Source: a virus. Taken from it: 64,000 nucleotides of DNA. The DNA is taken from IMG/VR virus record IMGVR_UViG_3300022602_000037. One strand, written 5' to 3'. Both the position numbers and the translations under genes were made by a program. Of this stretch, positions 17,320 to 26,598 are shown piece by piece; the stretch's first letter is position 1; every line of letters starts with the position of its first letter. The notes under the pieces were generated by a model. It saw only the letters and a list, made by a program, of their open reading frames with translations, was not told the DNA's origin and searched no databases.

Positions 17320-17723
17320 TCACACGAGATGCCCTAACCAAAATATTTTTACAGCAATGGGGCAAGACTACAGACGAAGCTAATCTAAAATTGTTTAGTC
17401 GTAAATGGTGGCAAAGTACTCGTGCAGGTAAACAAACTAATTTTCGTCTTAGTGACGAAGGTTATGAATTTTTGGTTAAAGAATTGGATCTAAAAGAATA
17501 TGAAATTCCTTTTACCGAACCAATCGAATTAAGTCCCCAAACAATTATATTTTTGGAAAGATATGTAGATTGTCCATATTACCTAACTCCAATGTCAATC
17601 ACTGTCTTTTCAGAACGCAAGGGTTTCGAGCTAATGTTGTTTAGTGACGACATTAGAAAATTTGGCATAATAAAAGCCATGAATGAGCGAGAAAAAGAAC
17701 TAGCAAGTCAAAATAATAGTTGA
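17316..17723 (+). CDS. Hypothetical protein
   Basis: WWQSTR...FRLSDEG...DCPYY; coupled to the upstream gene. Confidence 0.75.
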   Translation: MITRDALTKIFLQQWGKTTDEANLKLFSRKWWQSTRAGKQTNFRLSDEGYEFLVKELDLKEYEIPFTEPIELSPQTIIFLERYVDCPYYLTPMSITVFSERKGFELMLFSDDIRKFGIIKAMNEREKELASQNNS

Positions 17724-17748
17724 CAGAGATCATAGTTTCCCATATAAT
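17720..17748 (+). promoter_or_regulatory. Consensus sigma70 promoter for the AAA+ gene
   Basis: TTGACA (17720-17725), 17-nt spacer, TATAAT (17743-17748). Confidence 0.85.
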
Positions 17749-17805
17749 ACATACATAGACAGCGTTATTCGTAACAACACTTTTTTAACTAAGATAGGAA
17801 ACAAC

Positions 17806-18894
17806 ATGCCAGAAATTGCTAGTCGTACCGTTGGCCCAAGCGGCGCCAAAAAGTCTTTGCGCAAGGCTTTCAAAAATCAGCGTCCAATCTTCCTTTGGGG
17901 TCCTCCAGGTATTGGCAAGTCGGACATTATTAAACAATTAGGCACAGAACTCGATGCTCATGTTATCGATGTACGTTTGAGTTTGTGGGAACCTACCGAT
18001 ATTAAAGGTATTCCATACTTTGATAGTAACGATAGTACTATGCGTTGGGCACCACCTAGCGAATTGCCTAGCCAAGAATTGGCTAATCAGCATAAACAAA
18101 TCATTTTGTTCTTAGACGAAATGAACTCTGCGGCTCCTGCTGTACAAGCCGCGGCATACCAATTGATTTTGAATCGTCGTGTAGGCACCTATCACCTACC
18201 TGACAATGTTGTACTAGTTGCGGCTGGTAACCGTGAAACTGACAAAGGTGTTACATTCCGTATGCCTGCTCCGTTGGCTAACCGTTTTGTGCATTTGGAA
18301 ATGACTGTTGATTGGGATGACTATTTTGAATGGGCAGTTGAAAACAAAATCCATCAAGATGTAGTTGGTTTTTTGAGCTTCAGTAAAAAGAGCTTGTACG
18401 ATTTCGATCCAAAATCTAGCTCACGTGCTTTTGCTACACCTCGTTCTTGGAGCTTTGTAAGTGAATTGTTAACAGATGACGATGTAGACGTAGATACATT
18501 GACAGATTTGGTATCAGGTTCGGTCGGTGAAGGATTAGCTGTCAGTTTTATGGCCCATCGTAAAATTGCTAGCAAAATGCCTAACCCTACTGACATTTTG
18601 AACGGCAAAGTCAAAAAGATGGATTCAAAAGAAATTTCAGCTATGTATAGTTTGACTGTATCTTTGTGCTATGAATTGAAAGATTCTTGCGAAAAGAAAG
18701 TTAAAAACTGGAATGAGCAAGTCAATAACTTTTTCGAATTTATGATGAATAACTTTGAAACAGAATTGGTTATTATGGGTACTAAATTGGCTTTGAGCAC
18801 TTACAAATTGCCGTTGGATCCAGATGAAATCAAATGCTTTGACGATTTCCATGCCAAATACGGTAAGTATATTAGTGCCGCAACTGAGAAATAA
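17806..18894 (+). CDS. MoxR-like AAA+ ATPase
   Basis: Walker A GPPGIGKS, Walker B LFLDE, AAGN sensor, PLANRF arginine finger and TPRSW. Confidence 0.92.
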   Translation: MPEIASRTVGPSGAKKSLRKAFKNQRPIFLWGPPGIGKSDIIKQLGTELDAHVIDVRLSLWEPTDIKGIPYFDSNDSTMRWAPPSELPSQELANQHKQIILFLDEMNSAAPAVQAAAYQLILNRRVGTYHLPDNVVLVAAGNRETDKGVTFRMPAPLANRFVHLEMTVDWDDYFEWAVENKIHQDVVGFLSFSKKSLYDFDPKSSSRAFATPRSWSFVSELLTDDDVDVDTLTDLVSGSVGEGLAVSFMAHRKIASKMPNPTDILNGKVKKMDSKEISAMYSLTVSLCYELKDSCEKKVKNWNEQVNNFFEFMMNNFETELVIMGTKLALSTYKLPLDPDEIKCFDDFHAKYGKYISAATEK

Positions 18895-18910
18895 ATTGGT
18901 TTAAGGATAT

Positions 18911-18939
18911 TTGACACCTCCTGCGGGAGGTGTTATAAT
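18911..18939 (+). promoter_or_regulatory. Consensus sigma70 promoter with extended -10 and palindromic spacer
   Basis: TTGACA (18911-18916), 17-nt spacer, TATAAT (18934-18939), with TG at 18931-18932. Confidence 0.85.
18914..18933 (+). terminator. 8-bp hairpin with cUGCGg tetraloop (possible terminator or operator)
   Basis: ACACCTCC-TGCG-GGAGGTGT is a perfect inverted repeat 19 nt after the AAA+ stop. It is followed by AT-rich sequence with only a weak U-tract. Confidence 0.55.
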
Positions 18940-18963
18940 ATATACATACAGTAAAGGAGCATT

Positions 18964-20148
18964 ATGTCACATACAGATCCAATTATCGACAAAATTATTG
19001 TAGCCCGTGTAGGTCTATTACTTCGCCATCCTTTCTTTGGTAATATGGCTACTCGCTTAAAAATTGAAGAAGGCTCCGAATGGATGGGCACTGCCGCTAC
19101 AGACGGTCGCACAATTTACTTTAATCGCGAATTTTTTGAACCTCTTACAGTTAAGCAAGTTGAGTTTGTGATTGCCCACGAAATTCTACATAATGTGTTT
19201 GATCACATGAGTCGTAGAGAAAGTCGTAATCCACGCATTTTTAATATTGCCGCAGACTATTGTGTAAACGGACAATTAGTCCGAGATCGAATTGGTGATC
19301 ATAATATTGAAGGTATCAAAATCTTCCATGACCAAAAGTACTACGGTATGGGTGCAGAAGAAGTATACGATAAAATCTTCGACGAAATGGACGAAGAAGA
19401 ACTAAATGCTCTTGGCCAGTTACTTGACGATCATATTGATTGGGGAGAAGATGGCAAAGATGGCAAGCCAAAATATTCTAAAGAAGAATTAAAACAGATT
19501 CGTGATGAAATCCGCGAAGCTACAATGCAGGCCGCACAAGCCGCAGGCGCTGGTAATACTCCTGCTAGTGTACAACGCATGATTAAAGAATTAACTGAGC
19601 CTAAGATGAATTGGCGTGAAATCTTACGTCAACAAATCCAAAGCACTATTAAGAATGATTTTAGTTTTATGCGTCCTAATCGTAAAGGTTGGCACATGAA
19701 TGCCATTCTTCCAGGTCAACAGTTTCAAGAAACTATTGATATTTGTGTTGCAATTGATATGTCAGGTTCTATTGGTGACGAACAGGCAAAAGACTTCTTA
19801 ACAGAGATTAAAGGTATTATGCAAGAGTATAAAGACTTTAAGATTAAAGTATGGTGCTTTGATACTAAAGTCTACAACGAAGCTGACTTTGATGGATATA
19901 ACATTGACGAGTTCGACAGCTATGAACCAATGGGCGGTGGCGGAACTGAGTTTGATGCCAACTGGGAATACATGAAAGAGAATGACATTCAACCTAAAAA
20001 GTTTATCATGTTTACTGATGGATATCCTTGGGGTAGTTGGGGTGATGAAAATTACTGTGATACAGTATTCATTATCCACGGTAATAACACTATTGTTCCA
20101 CCATTTGGAGAATATGCTTATTACGAATTTGCTAAAGAGGCGGCATAA
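18964..20148 (+). CDS. Putative metallopeptidase plus vWA domain protein (DUF2201-like), MoxR partner
   Basis: TAATDG, HEILH (HExxH), NIAADY, MIDAS IDMSGS, GGGGTEF and FTDG. Confidence 0.88.
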   Translation: MSHTDPIIDKIIVARVGLLLRHPFFGNMATRLKIEEGSEWMGTAATDGRTIYFNREFFEPLTVKQVEFVIAHEILHNVFDHMSRRESRNPRIFNIAADYCVNGQLVRDRIGDHNIEGIKIFHDQKYYGMGAEEVYDKIFDEMDEEELNALGQLLDDHIDWGEDGKDGKPKYSKEELKQIRDEIREATMQAAQAAGAGNTPASVQRMIKELTEPKMNWREILRQQIQSTIKNDFSFMRPNRKGWHMNAILPGQQFQETIDICVAIDMSGSIGDEQAKDFLTEIKGIMQEYKDFKIKVWCFDTKVYNEADFDGYNIDEFDSYEPMGGGGTEFDANWEYMKENDIQPKKFIMFTDGYPWGSWGDENYCDTVFIIHGNNTIVPPFGEYAYYEFAKEAA

Positions 20149-20435
20149 TGGCATTAAAGAATGGCAAACCTAATCCGTTAGATTATTATAATCTTAGAAG
20201 GGTTGAGTTTGCCTGTCCTCATTTTAAGTATACAACTATAGATAGGTACACTCCTACTATAGTCAAATCTATGGATGCATGGATCCACAAGAATCTAAAT
20301 AATAGGTATTATGTAGGACAAGGCATAACCTTGGATAATACCAATACCATAGTATATAACACCCGTATTGGTTTTGAGTCAGAAAAAGAACTCAGTTTTT
20401 TCACGATTGCCTGTCCTTTACTACAAACAAGATAA
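20148..20435 (+). CDS. Hypothetical protein
   Basis: Coupled ORF; IGFESEKELSFF. Confidence 0.7.
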   Translation: MALKNGKPNPLDYYNLRRVEFACPHFKYTTIDRYTPTIVKSMDAWIHKNLNNRYYVGQGITLDNTNTIVYNTRIGFESEKELSFFTIACPLLQTR

Positions 20436-20461
20436 TTAAGTTAGTACTTTAAGGAGACAAT

Positions 20462-20710
20462 ATGACTGACGACGTACAACAAAATACAACAGATAATGCT
20501 ACATCTGATACTCAAAACAGCAATGATTTAACTATTAACGATCTACAATCAATGAAAGTTATTATTGATATTGCTAGTTCACGCGGTGCGTTCAAACCAA
20601 ATGAAATGGTAGCAGTAGGTCAAACTTACAACAAGTTAGAAGCATTTTTGAACAATGTAGCAAAACAAGCAGAAGCACAAAAAGCCGCTCAAGCGACTGC
20701 GGGAGTCTAA
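20462..20710 (+). CDS. Hypothetical protein
   Basis: AAGGAG RBS; LTINDL...IIDIASSRGAFKPNEM..VG..YNKL. Confidence 0.8.
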   Translation: MTDDVQQNTTDNATSDTQNSNDLTINDLQSMKVIIDIASSRGAFKPNEMVAVGQTYNKLEAFLNNVAKQAEAQKAAQATAGV

Positions 20711-20711
20711 T

Positions 20712-21332
20712 ATGGCCGAACTCAAACACGTGGCACGTGTCAAGGCTACTAACAAAAAATGTCTAGTAGTTTATCGCACACTGCCCGGCGATGCGTATCA
20801 TTGCCTAATTGTTCCAACTGAAAACATGCCCGATATCTATCATGATGCTATCATCAATTTGGTAGAAAGTGGAGCAGGACAGGATGCGTACGAATTTGCC
20901 GATGTGTTAGCACGTACACAATTCCCAGATGGTAGTACTATGCTTCCATGGTTACATGTAAATGGCCGATTGATCAAAGCACAAACCAGTGAAATTGAAA
21001 TGATGCCAGCACCCAATTTTGGTATCCTTCTATCTGAGTTGAATCAACTGATTGCCGAGCAAAGAGGTGTTGCTGTTGACGATTTATCTATCAAATCGGA
21101 TACTCCTGAAAAAACAGAAGCTCGTCCAATAAGTGAAATTGACAATATGCCTAAAGTAACTGCTACTGTTGAACAAACAGTACAAGCTACTGTACAAACT
21201 ACCCAACCAACTTCTTTTGATTCACCAGAATCTGAAGCAAAGTTCTATCGTAGTCAAGCCGATAAACTAAGCAAAGAAGCCGCACAGATGCGTCGTAAAG
21301 CAGAGGAATTGGTTCCGACCAAGAAGAAATAA
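20712..21332 (+). CDS. Hypothetical phage protein
   Basis: LKHVARV...YRTLPGD...; C-terminal coiled coil YRSQADKLSKEAAQMRRKAEEL. Confidence 0.8.
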   Translation: MAELKHVARVKATNKKCLVVYRTLPGDAYHCLIVPTENMPDIYHDAIINLVESGAGQDAYEFADVLARTQFPDGSTMLPWLHVNGRLIKAQTSEIEMMPAPNFGILLSELNQLIAEQRGVAVDDLSIKSDTPEKTEARPISEIDNMPKVTATVEQTVQATVQTTQPTSFDSPESEAKFYRSQADKLSKEAAQMRRKAEELVPTKKK

Positions 21333-21334
21333 CA

Positions 21335-21655
21335 GTGACTAACTCGGGAAGATATCTTCCCAAGGAGGTCGTTAAACATTGGCCGGAAGTATTTGAAGAC
21401 ATACGATTAAATGTGGTACCTATGGAGTACCTACATACCGTATTGGTTAATTTCAAAGACGGAAAAACTTGGGAAATTAAAATAACACATAAAGCCAAAC
21501 GGGAAGGATGGACTGCCTTTGAAAGAAGTTTGGCCGAGCTTTGCAGAAACTATGAAACAAAAATAAACGATATCGACTTTAAGCTAGATACACAAAAAGT
21601 TAAAAAAGATATTGAAAAAAGCACTCAAAAATTCCTTAAGAAAAAGAAGCTATAA
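21335..21655 (+). CDS. Hypothetical protein
   Basis: GTG start; HWPEVF...VPMEYL...DFKLD. Confidence 0.7.
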   Translation: MTNSGRYLPKEVVKHWPEVFEDIRLNVVPMEYLHTVLVNFKDGKTWEIKITHKAKREGWTAFERSLAELCRNYETKINDIDFKLDTQKVKKDIEKSTQKFLKKKKL

Positions 21656-21659
21656 ATAT

Positions 21660-22340
21660 ATGAATGTCCGACTACTTAGTTACAGCCAACCAACTACAGA
21701 ATTTGCTAGCATGGGAATTGATGACGCCCAAGAGCTCATTGCCTACTGTGCCAGAGTCAGTAACCCAAGCAATCAACTCAACACAGAAACTAGTGAACGG
21801 CTTATCAGGTACCTCATCCGACACCAGCATTGGAGCCCACTTGAAATGGTCTCAGCTTGCATCGAAATTACAACAACTCGAGACATTGCCCGTCAGATCC
21901 TTAGACACAGAAGTTTTAGTTTCCAAGAGTTTAGCCAACGCTATGCTGACCCGACAAAGGATCTCAACTTTATACTTAGAGATGCCAGAAGGCAGGACCT
22001 ACAGAATAGACAGAATAGTGTAGAACTAGATGTTCATAATAACGATGAAGATCGTTTCCTTGCTTATCAGTGGGAACGTATGCAAGAGCTAGTAATTAAA
22101 CAATCACGCGAAGCGTACGAATGGGCTATTCTAAAAGGTATTGCTAAAGAGCAAGCCCGTGCTGTATTACCGGAAGGTTTAATCGAAAGTCGGTTGTATA
22201 TGAATGGCACACTACGCAGTTGGATTCATTTTATCGAATTACGTAGTGCCAACGGCACACAAAAAGAACATCAGGAAGTTGCTATTGCTTGTGCAAAAGT
22301 TATTTCTGAAATTTTTCCTTTAGCAAAAGATCTTACTTAA
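21660..22340 (+). CDS. thyX: Flavin-dependent thymidylate synthase
   Basis: AYCARVS, HWSPLE, the ThyX motif RHRSFSFQEFSQRY, EQARAVLP and GTLRSWIHFIELR. Confidence 0.97.
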   Translation: MNVRLLSYSQPTTEFASMGIDDAQELIAYCARVSNPSNQLNTETSERLIRYLIRHQHWSPLEMVSACIEITTTRDIARQILRHRSFSFQEFSQRYADPTKDLNFILRDARRQDLQNRQNSVELDVHNNDEDRFLAYQWERMQELVIKQSREAYEWAILKGIAKEQARAVLPEGLIESRLYMNGTLRSWIHFIELRSANGTQKEHQEVAIACAKVISEIFPLAKDLT

Positions 22341-23049
22341 AAGTTTCTGGTGGAAACATTTTAATGTGTTGCTCAAATTCTGCTTCAAGCCAATCATAAT
22401 CATTTATTTTAGATAACATTTCGTTGTCATCTTTATAGGTTTTTCCAAACCATTCTCCAGCACTTGCTCCGCCTCGTGCATATTCAGAAAATGGAGCTGA
22501 ACTATTGTTATAACACCACGTGTTTAATCTTTCGGTAGTTTCTTTATCCAACTGTCCTGGAATTATTCTACTACTTAATTTAACACATTCTCTAAAAGCA
22601 GTGCGCCACGTGCTCAATGCATCGGTATTAAATTTGTTTATATTACTAACTTCTTTTATAACTTTGAATCTTTTAGATATGCTAGTAGTCATATCTGGGG
22701 CAGATATGTCCATATGCAATGTTAGGTTAGTTGGTAGCAATTTTATGCCGCCGTGTCCATATTCCAATCCATTTATTGGATTTCTACTATGCCAAACATG
22801 CACGATATCCTCTTCGTTGGTATTTAATTGGTTCGTAAACTTAAAAGTATGTAAAATTTCAGCATCCGCATCAATTACATAAAACATCGGAGTTTTAACC
22901 TTTTTGGCTGCTTCTATGTGTGCTTCCTTAATACCTTTGACACCATGTACTCTGTGTAACCTATTAAACCCAGTAAATGTTGTAACAAATTGAAAATAAT
23001 TTGTATTAGCATAGGGCTCGTTATAAGATATAAAAACAATATCATACAT
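22333..23049 (-). CDS. GT-A fold (GT2-like) glycosyltransferase
   Basis: YDIVFISYNEP, RVHGVKG..AH..AA, DxD (IDADA), YGHGGIKL and WRTAFRE; paralogue of the next gene. Confidence 0.7.
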   Translation of the reverse strand: MYDIVFISYNEPYANTNYFQFVTTFTGFNRLHRVHGVKGIKEAHIEAAKKVKTPMFYVIDADAEILHTFKFTNQLNTNEEDIVHVWHSRNPINGLEYGHGGIKLLPTNLTLHMDISAPDMTTSISKRFKVIKEVSNINKFNTDALSTWRTAFRECVKLSSRIIPGQLDKETTERLNTWCYNNSSAPFSEYARGGASAGEWFGKTYKDDNEMLSKINDYDWLEAEFEQHIKMFPPETFK

Positions 23050-23941
23050 AGCGTTTTACTCTCCGGGGTGCATTATGATATACCGTTTTGAAAAATTTAC
23101 TGCCAGCAGGATCTAAGTTAGCAATTTCTAAACCACATTTTGATTTCAATTCACTTGCTAAAAAATTAACATAATCAGAATTTGTAGTGGTACTGGCATT
23201 TGCATGTCTAGTATTCCAATAATCTAATAACCAATCAAAATCTCTAACATTGCTATAGTCCCAATCAGTACAATTGGTCATATAAGTGCCTTCCCGTGCG
23301 CCTAAAATACTCCAAATGCCATTTTCAACATCGGTTCCTACACTACACCAAATCAATAATCTATTGTAGTTTTGCCAATGAGATTTTTTGAGGTCAGGAA
23401 CTTTGGCACCTTGGTCTAATGACATTTTTACACCTTCCCTGAATCCTGCTCGCCATGCTTGAAAAGGACTTCCGTTTGTAAAACTTTCACTGTAGTTTTC
23501 AGAGAATTGAAAATAGTATTCATCAAAACAAAATTCAACTAATCCTTTAGTATCATTAGGATCACTGTTTTCATGAGTGCGCATATTGTTGACAAAATCA
23601 GGAGTCCACATTTTAAGTCCACCGTTGCCATACATTAGTCCATTCACATGAACATTGCCGCACCAACTGAATACGTGTTTAGATGTTAAACCCAATGCAT
23701 CTAGATCTATCTCAACTTCTAAAAATTTAGGATCAACAATATTATCTCCGTCCACAGTTACAAAGTATTCGGTTTCGCACTGAGCGGCGCAGGCCTTGTG
23801 TGCCGCATCACTGCCTTTAACACCATGTACACGTTTGGCCCAAGGAATTTTAGTCAATAAATCTGCATAGTGTTTTTCAGCATTAGGTTCGTCATAGCTG
23901 AGAAAAATAACATCTTGCTCAATTACTTTTATCTTAGTCAT
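23042..23941 (-). CDS. GT-A fold (GT2-like) glycosyltransferase
   Basis: DVIFLSYDEP, RVHGVKG..AH.ACA, VDGDN, YGNGGLKMW and AWRAGFRE. Confidence 0.7.
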   Translation of the reverse strand: MTKIKVIEQDVIFLSYDEPNAEKHYADLLTKIPWAKRVHGVKGSDAAHKACAAQCETEYFVTVDGDNIVDPKFLEVEIDLDALGLTSKHVFSWCGNVHVNGLMYGNGGLKMWTPDFVNNMRTHENSDPNDTKGLVEFCFDEYYFQFSENYSESFTNGSPFQAWRAGFREGVKMSLDQGAKVPDLKKSHWQNYNRLLIWCSVGTDVENGIWSILGAREGTYMTNCTDWDYSNVRDFDWLLDYWNTRHANASTTTNSDYVNFLASELKSKCGLEIANLDPAGSKFFKTVYHNAPRRVKRYV

Positions 23942-24509
23942 TTGTTGCTTCGCTTATAGTTAGTTTATATTCTAAAGTTGAATCAGTAAACAAAGAAATA
24001 TCATTTATAGATTTTTCATAATTAGATTCAAAAGGTATAACAAGTTTATCTAGTATGAGATCTTTGAAAATTAAATTAAAACTTCTAATTAGATAATTTT
24101 TTTCATTTTCAAGAGTTAGATATAACTGAACAGAATCTCCGATAAGTTTTTTATCGTAAAATTTTTGTCTTGTTGTTTCGGTCAATAAAAATGTCCAATG
24201 TTCACCCCAAAAAATTTCTATGTCTGGTGTTTTAGAGTCATTTATTAATTTTAATTTTTTAACTTTTATTGATATTTTATCAGCAGTGATATAAATCAAT
24301 TCACCATTTTCAACTTTAATATCTGCAAGTTTATTTTTACCTGTGACTATATTTTCGTAGTCTGTATAAGTAATTTCGATAGAATTAATTGTATTAGATT
24401 TTTCATTAGAAACAGAAATTACATTACCTAATTCGTCATAATGCGCATGAAAAGAAGGATTCCAAACTTGTGGAGGATCGGCAAATTTTATTTTTTTCTT
24501 TTTAGGCAT
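23934..24509 (-). CDS. Hypothetical protein in the GT cassette
   Basis: 191-aa ORF overlapping both neighbours. Confidence 0.7.
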   Translation of the reverse strand: MPKKKKIKFADPPQVWNPSFHAHYDELGNVISVSNEKSNTINSIEITYTDYENIVTGKNKLADIKVENGELIYITADKISIKVKKLKLINDSKTPDIEIFWGEHWTFLLTETTRQKFYDKKLIGDSVQLYLTLENEKNYLIRSFNLIFKDLILDKLVIPFESNYEKSINDISLFTDSTLEYKLTISEATND

Positions 24510-25344
24510 TTGGTAATGACTCCAACTTTTTTAACAGGTCAGGTGTTACAAAATTCTTTTCAACATAATGAAATACTTTAGGTTGCTTAATGTTGTTTAT
24601 TAATAATTCACCTTTAGAATTAAAAGTTGCCGATGCAACATCTTGCCAGCTATCAGGAATGAGGTTCCATCCTTGTATAGGCGCTTTCATATGAACAAAT
24701 TCCATAGGATTATTAATATCTAGGACTTGTTCTTGGGCCCCCATCATTTCAATTGTAATAGCTACTGCTAAATCCATACTTGGCCAATCTTGATATTTTT
24801 CTGGTGCAAAAATAGTCCAACATTTTTGCCAGTTGGAACATACAAATTCTAGCATCTTATAAAAATTATCTGCAAATTTTGATTTCTTAAAATAATGTAG
24901 AGCGTAGTATGGATTAGTTAAGTTGTTTGTTAAAAAAGTTTCTCTATGAAATGTATCTTTTATAACAGGTTCTAATTTGTAATTCATAATTCTATTACAA
25001 AATTTAACATCAAAATTACTACAATACTTCCACCATTGATCTATATCGCCTAATATCAACATATCGGAATCTAAAACCATAGTTTCATCATATGGCGATG
25101 CACTATATAACTGATATCTATGTTCTGTTTTAAGAGCGCTATTTTGATCTTGATTAAAATAGGGAATAGGAATTACTTGATCAAATAATTTTTTATATTT
25201 TTTTGGAACAAAGTCATCGGTAACAATAGAAATATTTTTAACCGTTATTTGACTAGATTTTATACTCAAAGCAAGAGCATAGGCCTGTTGAACATAATCC
25301 ACTGTATCTGTATTTTGAGCAAATACTAAAAATCCTTTAGACAC
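24502..25344 (-). CDS. GT-A fold (GT8-like) glycosyltransferase
   Basis: GFLVFAQN..VDY..A..LA.SIK, FDQVI, SPYDETMVLDSDM (DxD) and FVHMK. Confidence 0.7.
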   Translation of the reverse strand: MSKGFLVFAQNTDTVDYVQQAYALALSIKSSQITVKNISIVTDDFVPKKYKKLFDQVIPIPYFNQDQNSALKTEHRYQLYSASPYDETMVLDSDMLILGDIDQWWKYCSNFDVKFCNRIMNYKLEPVIKDTFHRETFLTNNLTNPYYALHYFKKSKFADNFYKMLEFVCSNWQKCWTIFAPEKYQDWPSMDLAVAITIEMMGAQEQVLDINNPMEFVHMKAPIQGWNLIPDSWQDVASATFNSKGELLINNIKQPKVFHYVEKNFVTPDLLKKLESLPNA

Positions 25345-26185
25345 CTAAACCTCCATCAATATATCTTCCTAAACTAGCTTTATTCATAATATGTACATCT
25401 AGACCACTAGTTTTAACTAAAGTATATTCGCCTAGGTATTTTTCTTTTTCTACTAAAAATTTCATCTTATCATCTTTAGATTCAATTAAAATATCTCGGT
25501 CCATTATATAAGTCATTTTACCTGGAAGTTCTACTGCAAATACGCCTTCGGTTTTTCCGTTCATAATATGTATAGCAATACTAAATGCTATATCATTTCT
25601 ATATGTTGGTGAATCGATAGAATATAGCAATTTGTAATAATTCCAATTTGTTTTAATATAATCTAACAGATCAAAAAAACATCCTACAATATAATTTTTT
25701 TGAAATACAAATGCTGTGGCCCAGTAGAAAGGAATACTGTATTGATTTATTCTTGTAAACTCTGCATTAGACCTCCATCCTGCAAGATCAAAGCTATTTC
25801 GATAAATTTGAAAATCGTGTTCCATTTCTAGTGCAGGTGCAAGTACACTAGAATTTAATATATAATCGCTGTCAATGACTAGAGTAGTTTCGTATGGAGT
25901 TAACTTATATACATTAGTTCTGGATTCATTTTTCCATTCTAAAGTTCTATTTGAAATTGATCCATCGTAAAATTTTTTAACTTGTGCTGTTGTAGAAAAA
26001 TCTAAATCAATAATTTGATCAAAAGGATGATCTGGATGACTTTTTTCTAACCATCCTCTGCTATCTGTAATAATACTTACAGGAATATTCAAATATTGTT
26101 TTATTCTTTTAGCTGAAAAAATTGCCAGTTTAACATAATCAACACCTGAATTATTTTGAGCAAAAATTATGGCGCCAGTTGTCAT
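25337..26185 (-). CDS. GT-A fold (GT8-like) glycosyltransferase
   Basis: GAIIFAQN..VDY..A, FDQII, TPYETTLVIDSDY, YRNDIAFS and HIMNK; paralogue of the previous gene. Confidence 0.7.
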   Translation of the reverse strand: MTTGAIIFAQNNSGVDYVKLAIFSAKRIKQYLNIPVSIITDSRGWLEKSHPDHPFDQIIDLDFSTTAQVKKFYDGSISNRTLEWKNESRTNVYKLTPYETTLVIDSDYILNSSVLAPALEMEHDFQIYRNSFDLAGWRSNAEFTRINQYSIPFYWATAFVFQKNYIVGCFFDLLDYIKTNWNYYKLLYSIDSPTYRNDIAFSIAIHIMNGKTEGVFAVELPGKMTYIMDRDILIESKDDKMKFLVEKEKYLGEYTLVKTSGLDVHIMNKASLGRYIDGGLGV

Positions 26186-26532
26186 AGTTCAATAATATCA
26201 GTAATTCTTCGTTTGGTTCTAATATTATGATATTTGAGTGCATAATCATCACAGGCTTTGAAATAAAACTCAGTGATATCATTAAAAAATTTCTGCACAT
26301 CTGAAATAACAACAGGCAATGAATTTGAATCAACAAATACCGTATCTGTTGTTCTTCCAATATTAATTGCTATTTGAACAAGACTAATTAGTTCAGGAGT
26401 TATTTTGAAAGTCGAACCGTTGGTGTAGTATAGTAGACTTTGATTAAATTCTTCTAGTATTATTCTGCGCTGATTTGATAGCGTAGCCATAAAATTGGCT
26501 GTAGCAAATGCTTTTTCAATTCTTTCGTCCAT
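26182..26532 (-). CDS. Hypothetical protein, first gene of the GT cassette
   Basis: GGAG RBS; MDERIEKAF..ANFM.TL.NQRR. Confidence 0.75.
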   Translation of the reverse strand: MDERIEKAFATANFMATLSNQRRIILEEFNQSLLYYTNGSTFKITPELISLVQIAINIGRTTDTVFVDSNSLPVVISDVQKFFNDITEFYFKACDDYALKYHNIRTKRRITDIIEL

Positions 26533-26551
26533 AGATAACTCCGTAGTCTAT

Positions 26552-26580
26552 ATAATATACTACTTTAATTATCTTGTCAA
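26552..26580 (-). promoter_or_regulatory. sigma70-type promoter for the GT cassette
   Basis: Minus strand: TTGACA (26580-26575), 17-nt spacer, TATTAT (26557-26552). The spacer contains GATAATTA. Confidence 0.7.
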
Positions 26581-26598
26581 TGAATTAAGAGTGGTTAA

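Noticed and set aside
21651-21658. Exact T4 late promoter TATAAATA before thyX
   Set aside because: It overlaps the previous stop codon and ends 1 nt before the ATG, leaving no room for a transcription start upstream of the start codon; possibly chance.
22333-22340. Bidirectional terminator at the convergence of the two arms
   Set aside because: thyX and the last GT gene overlap by 8 nt, and no convincing hairpin was seen.
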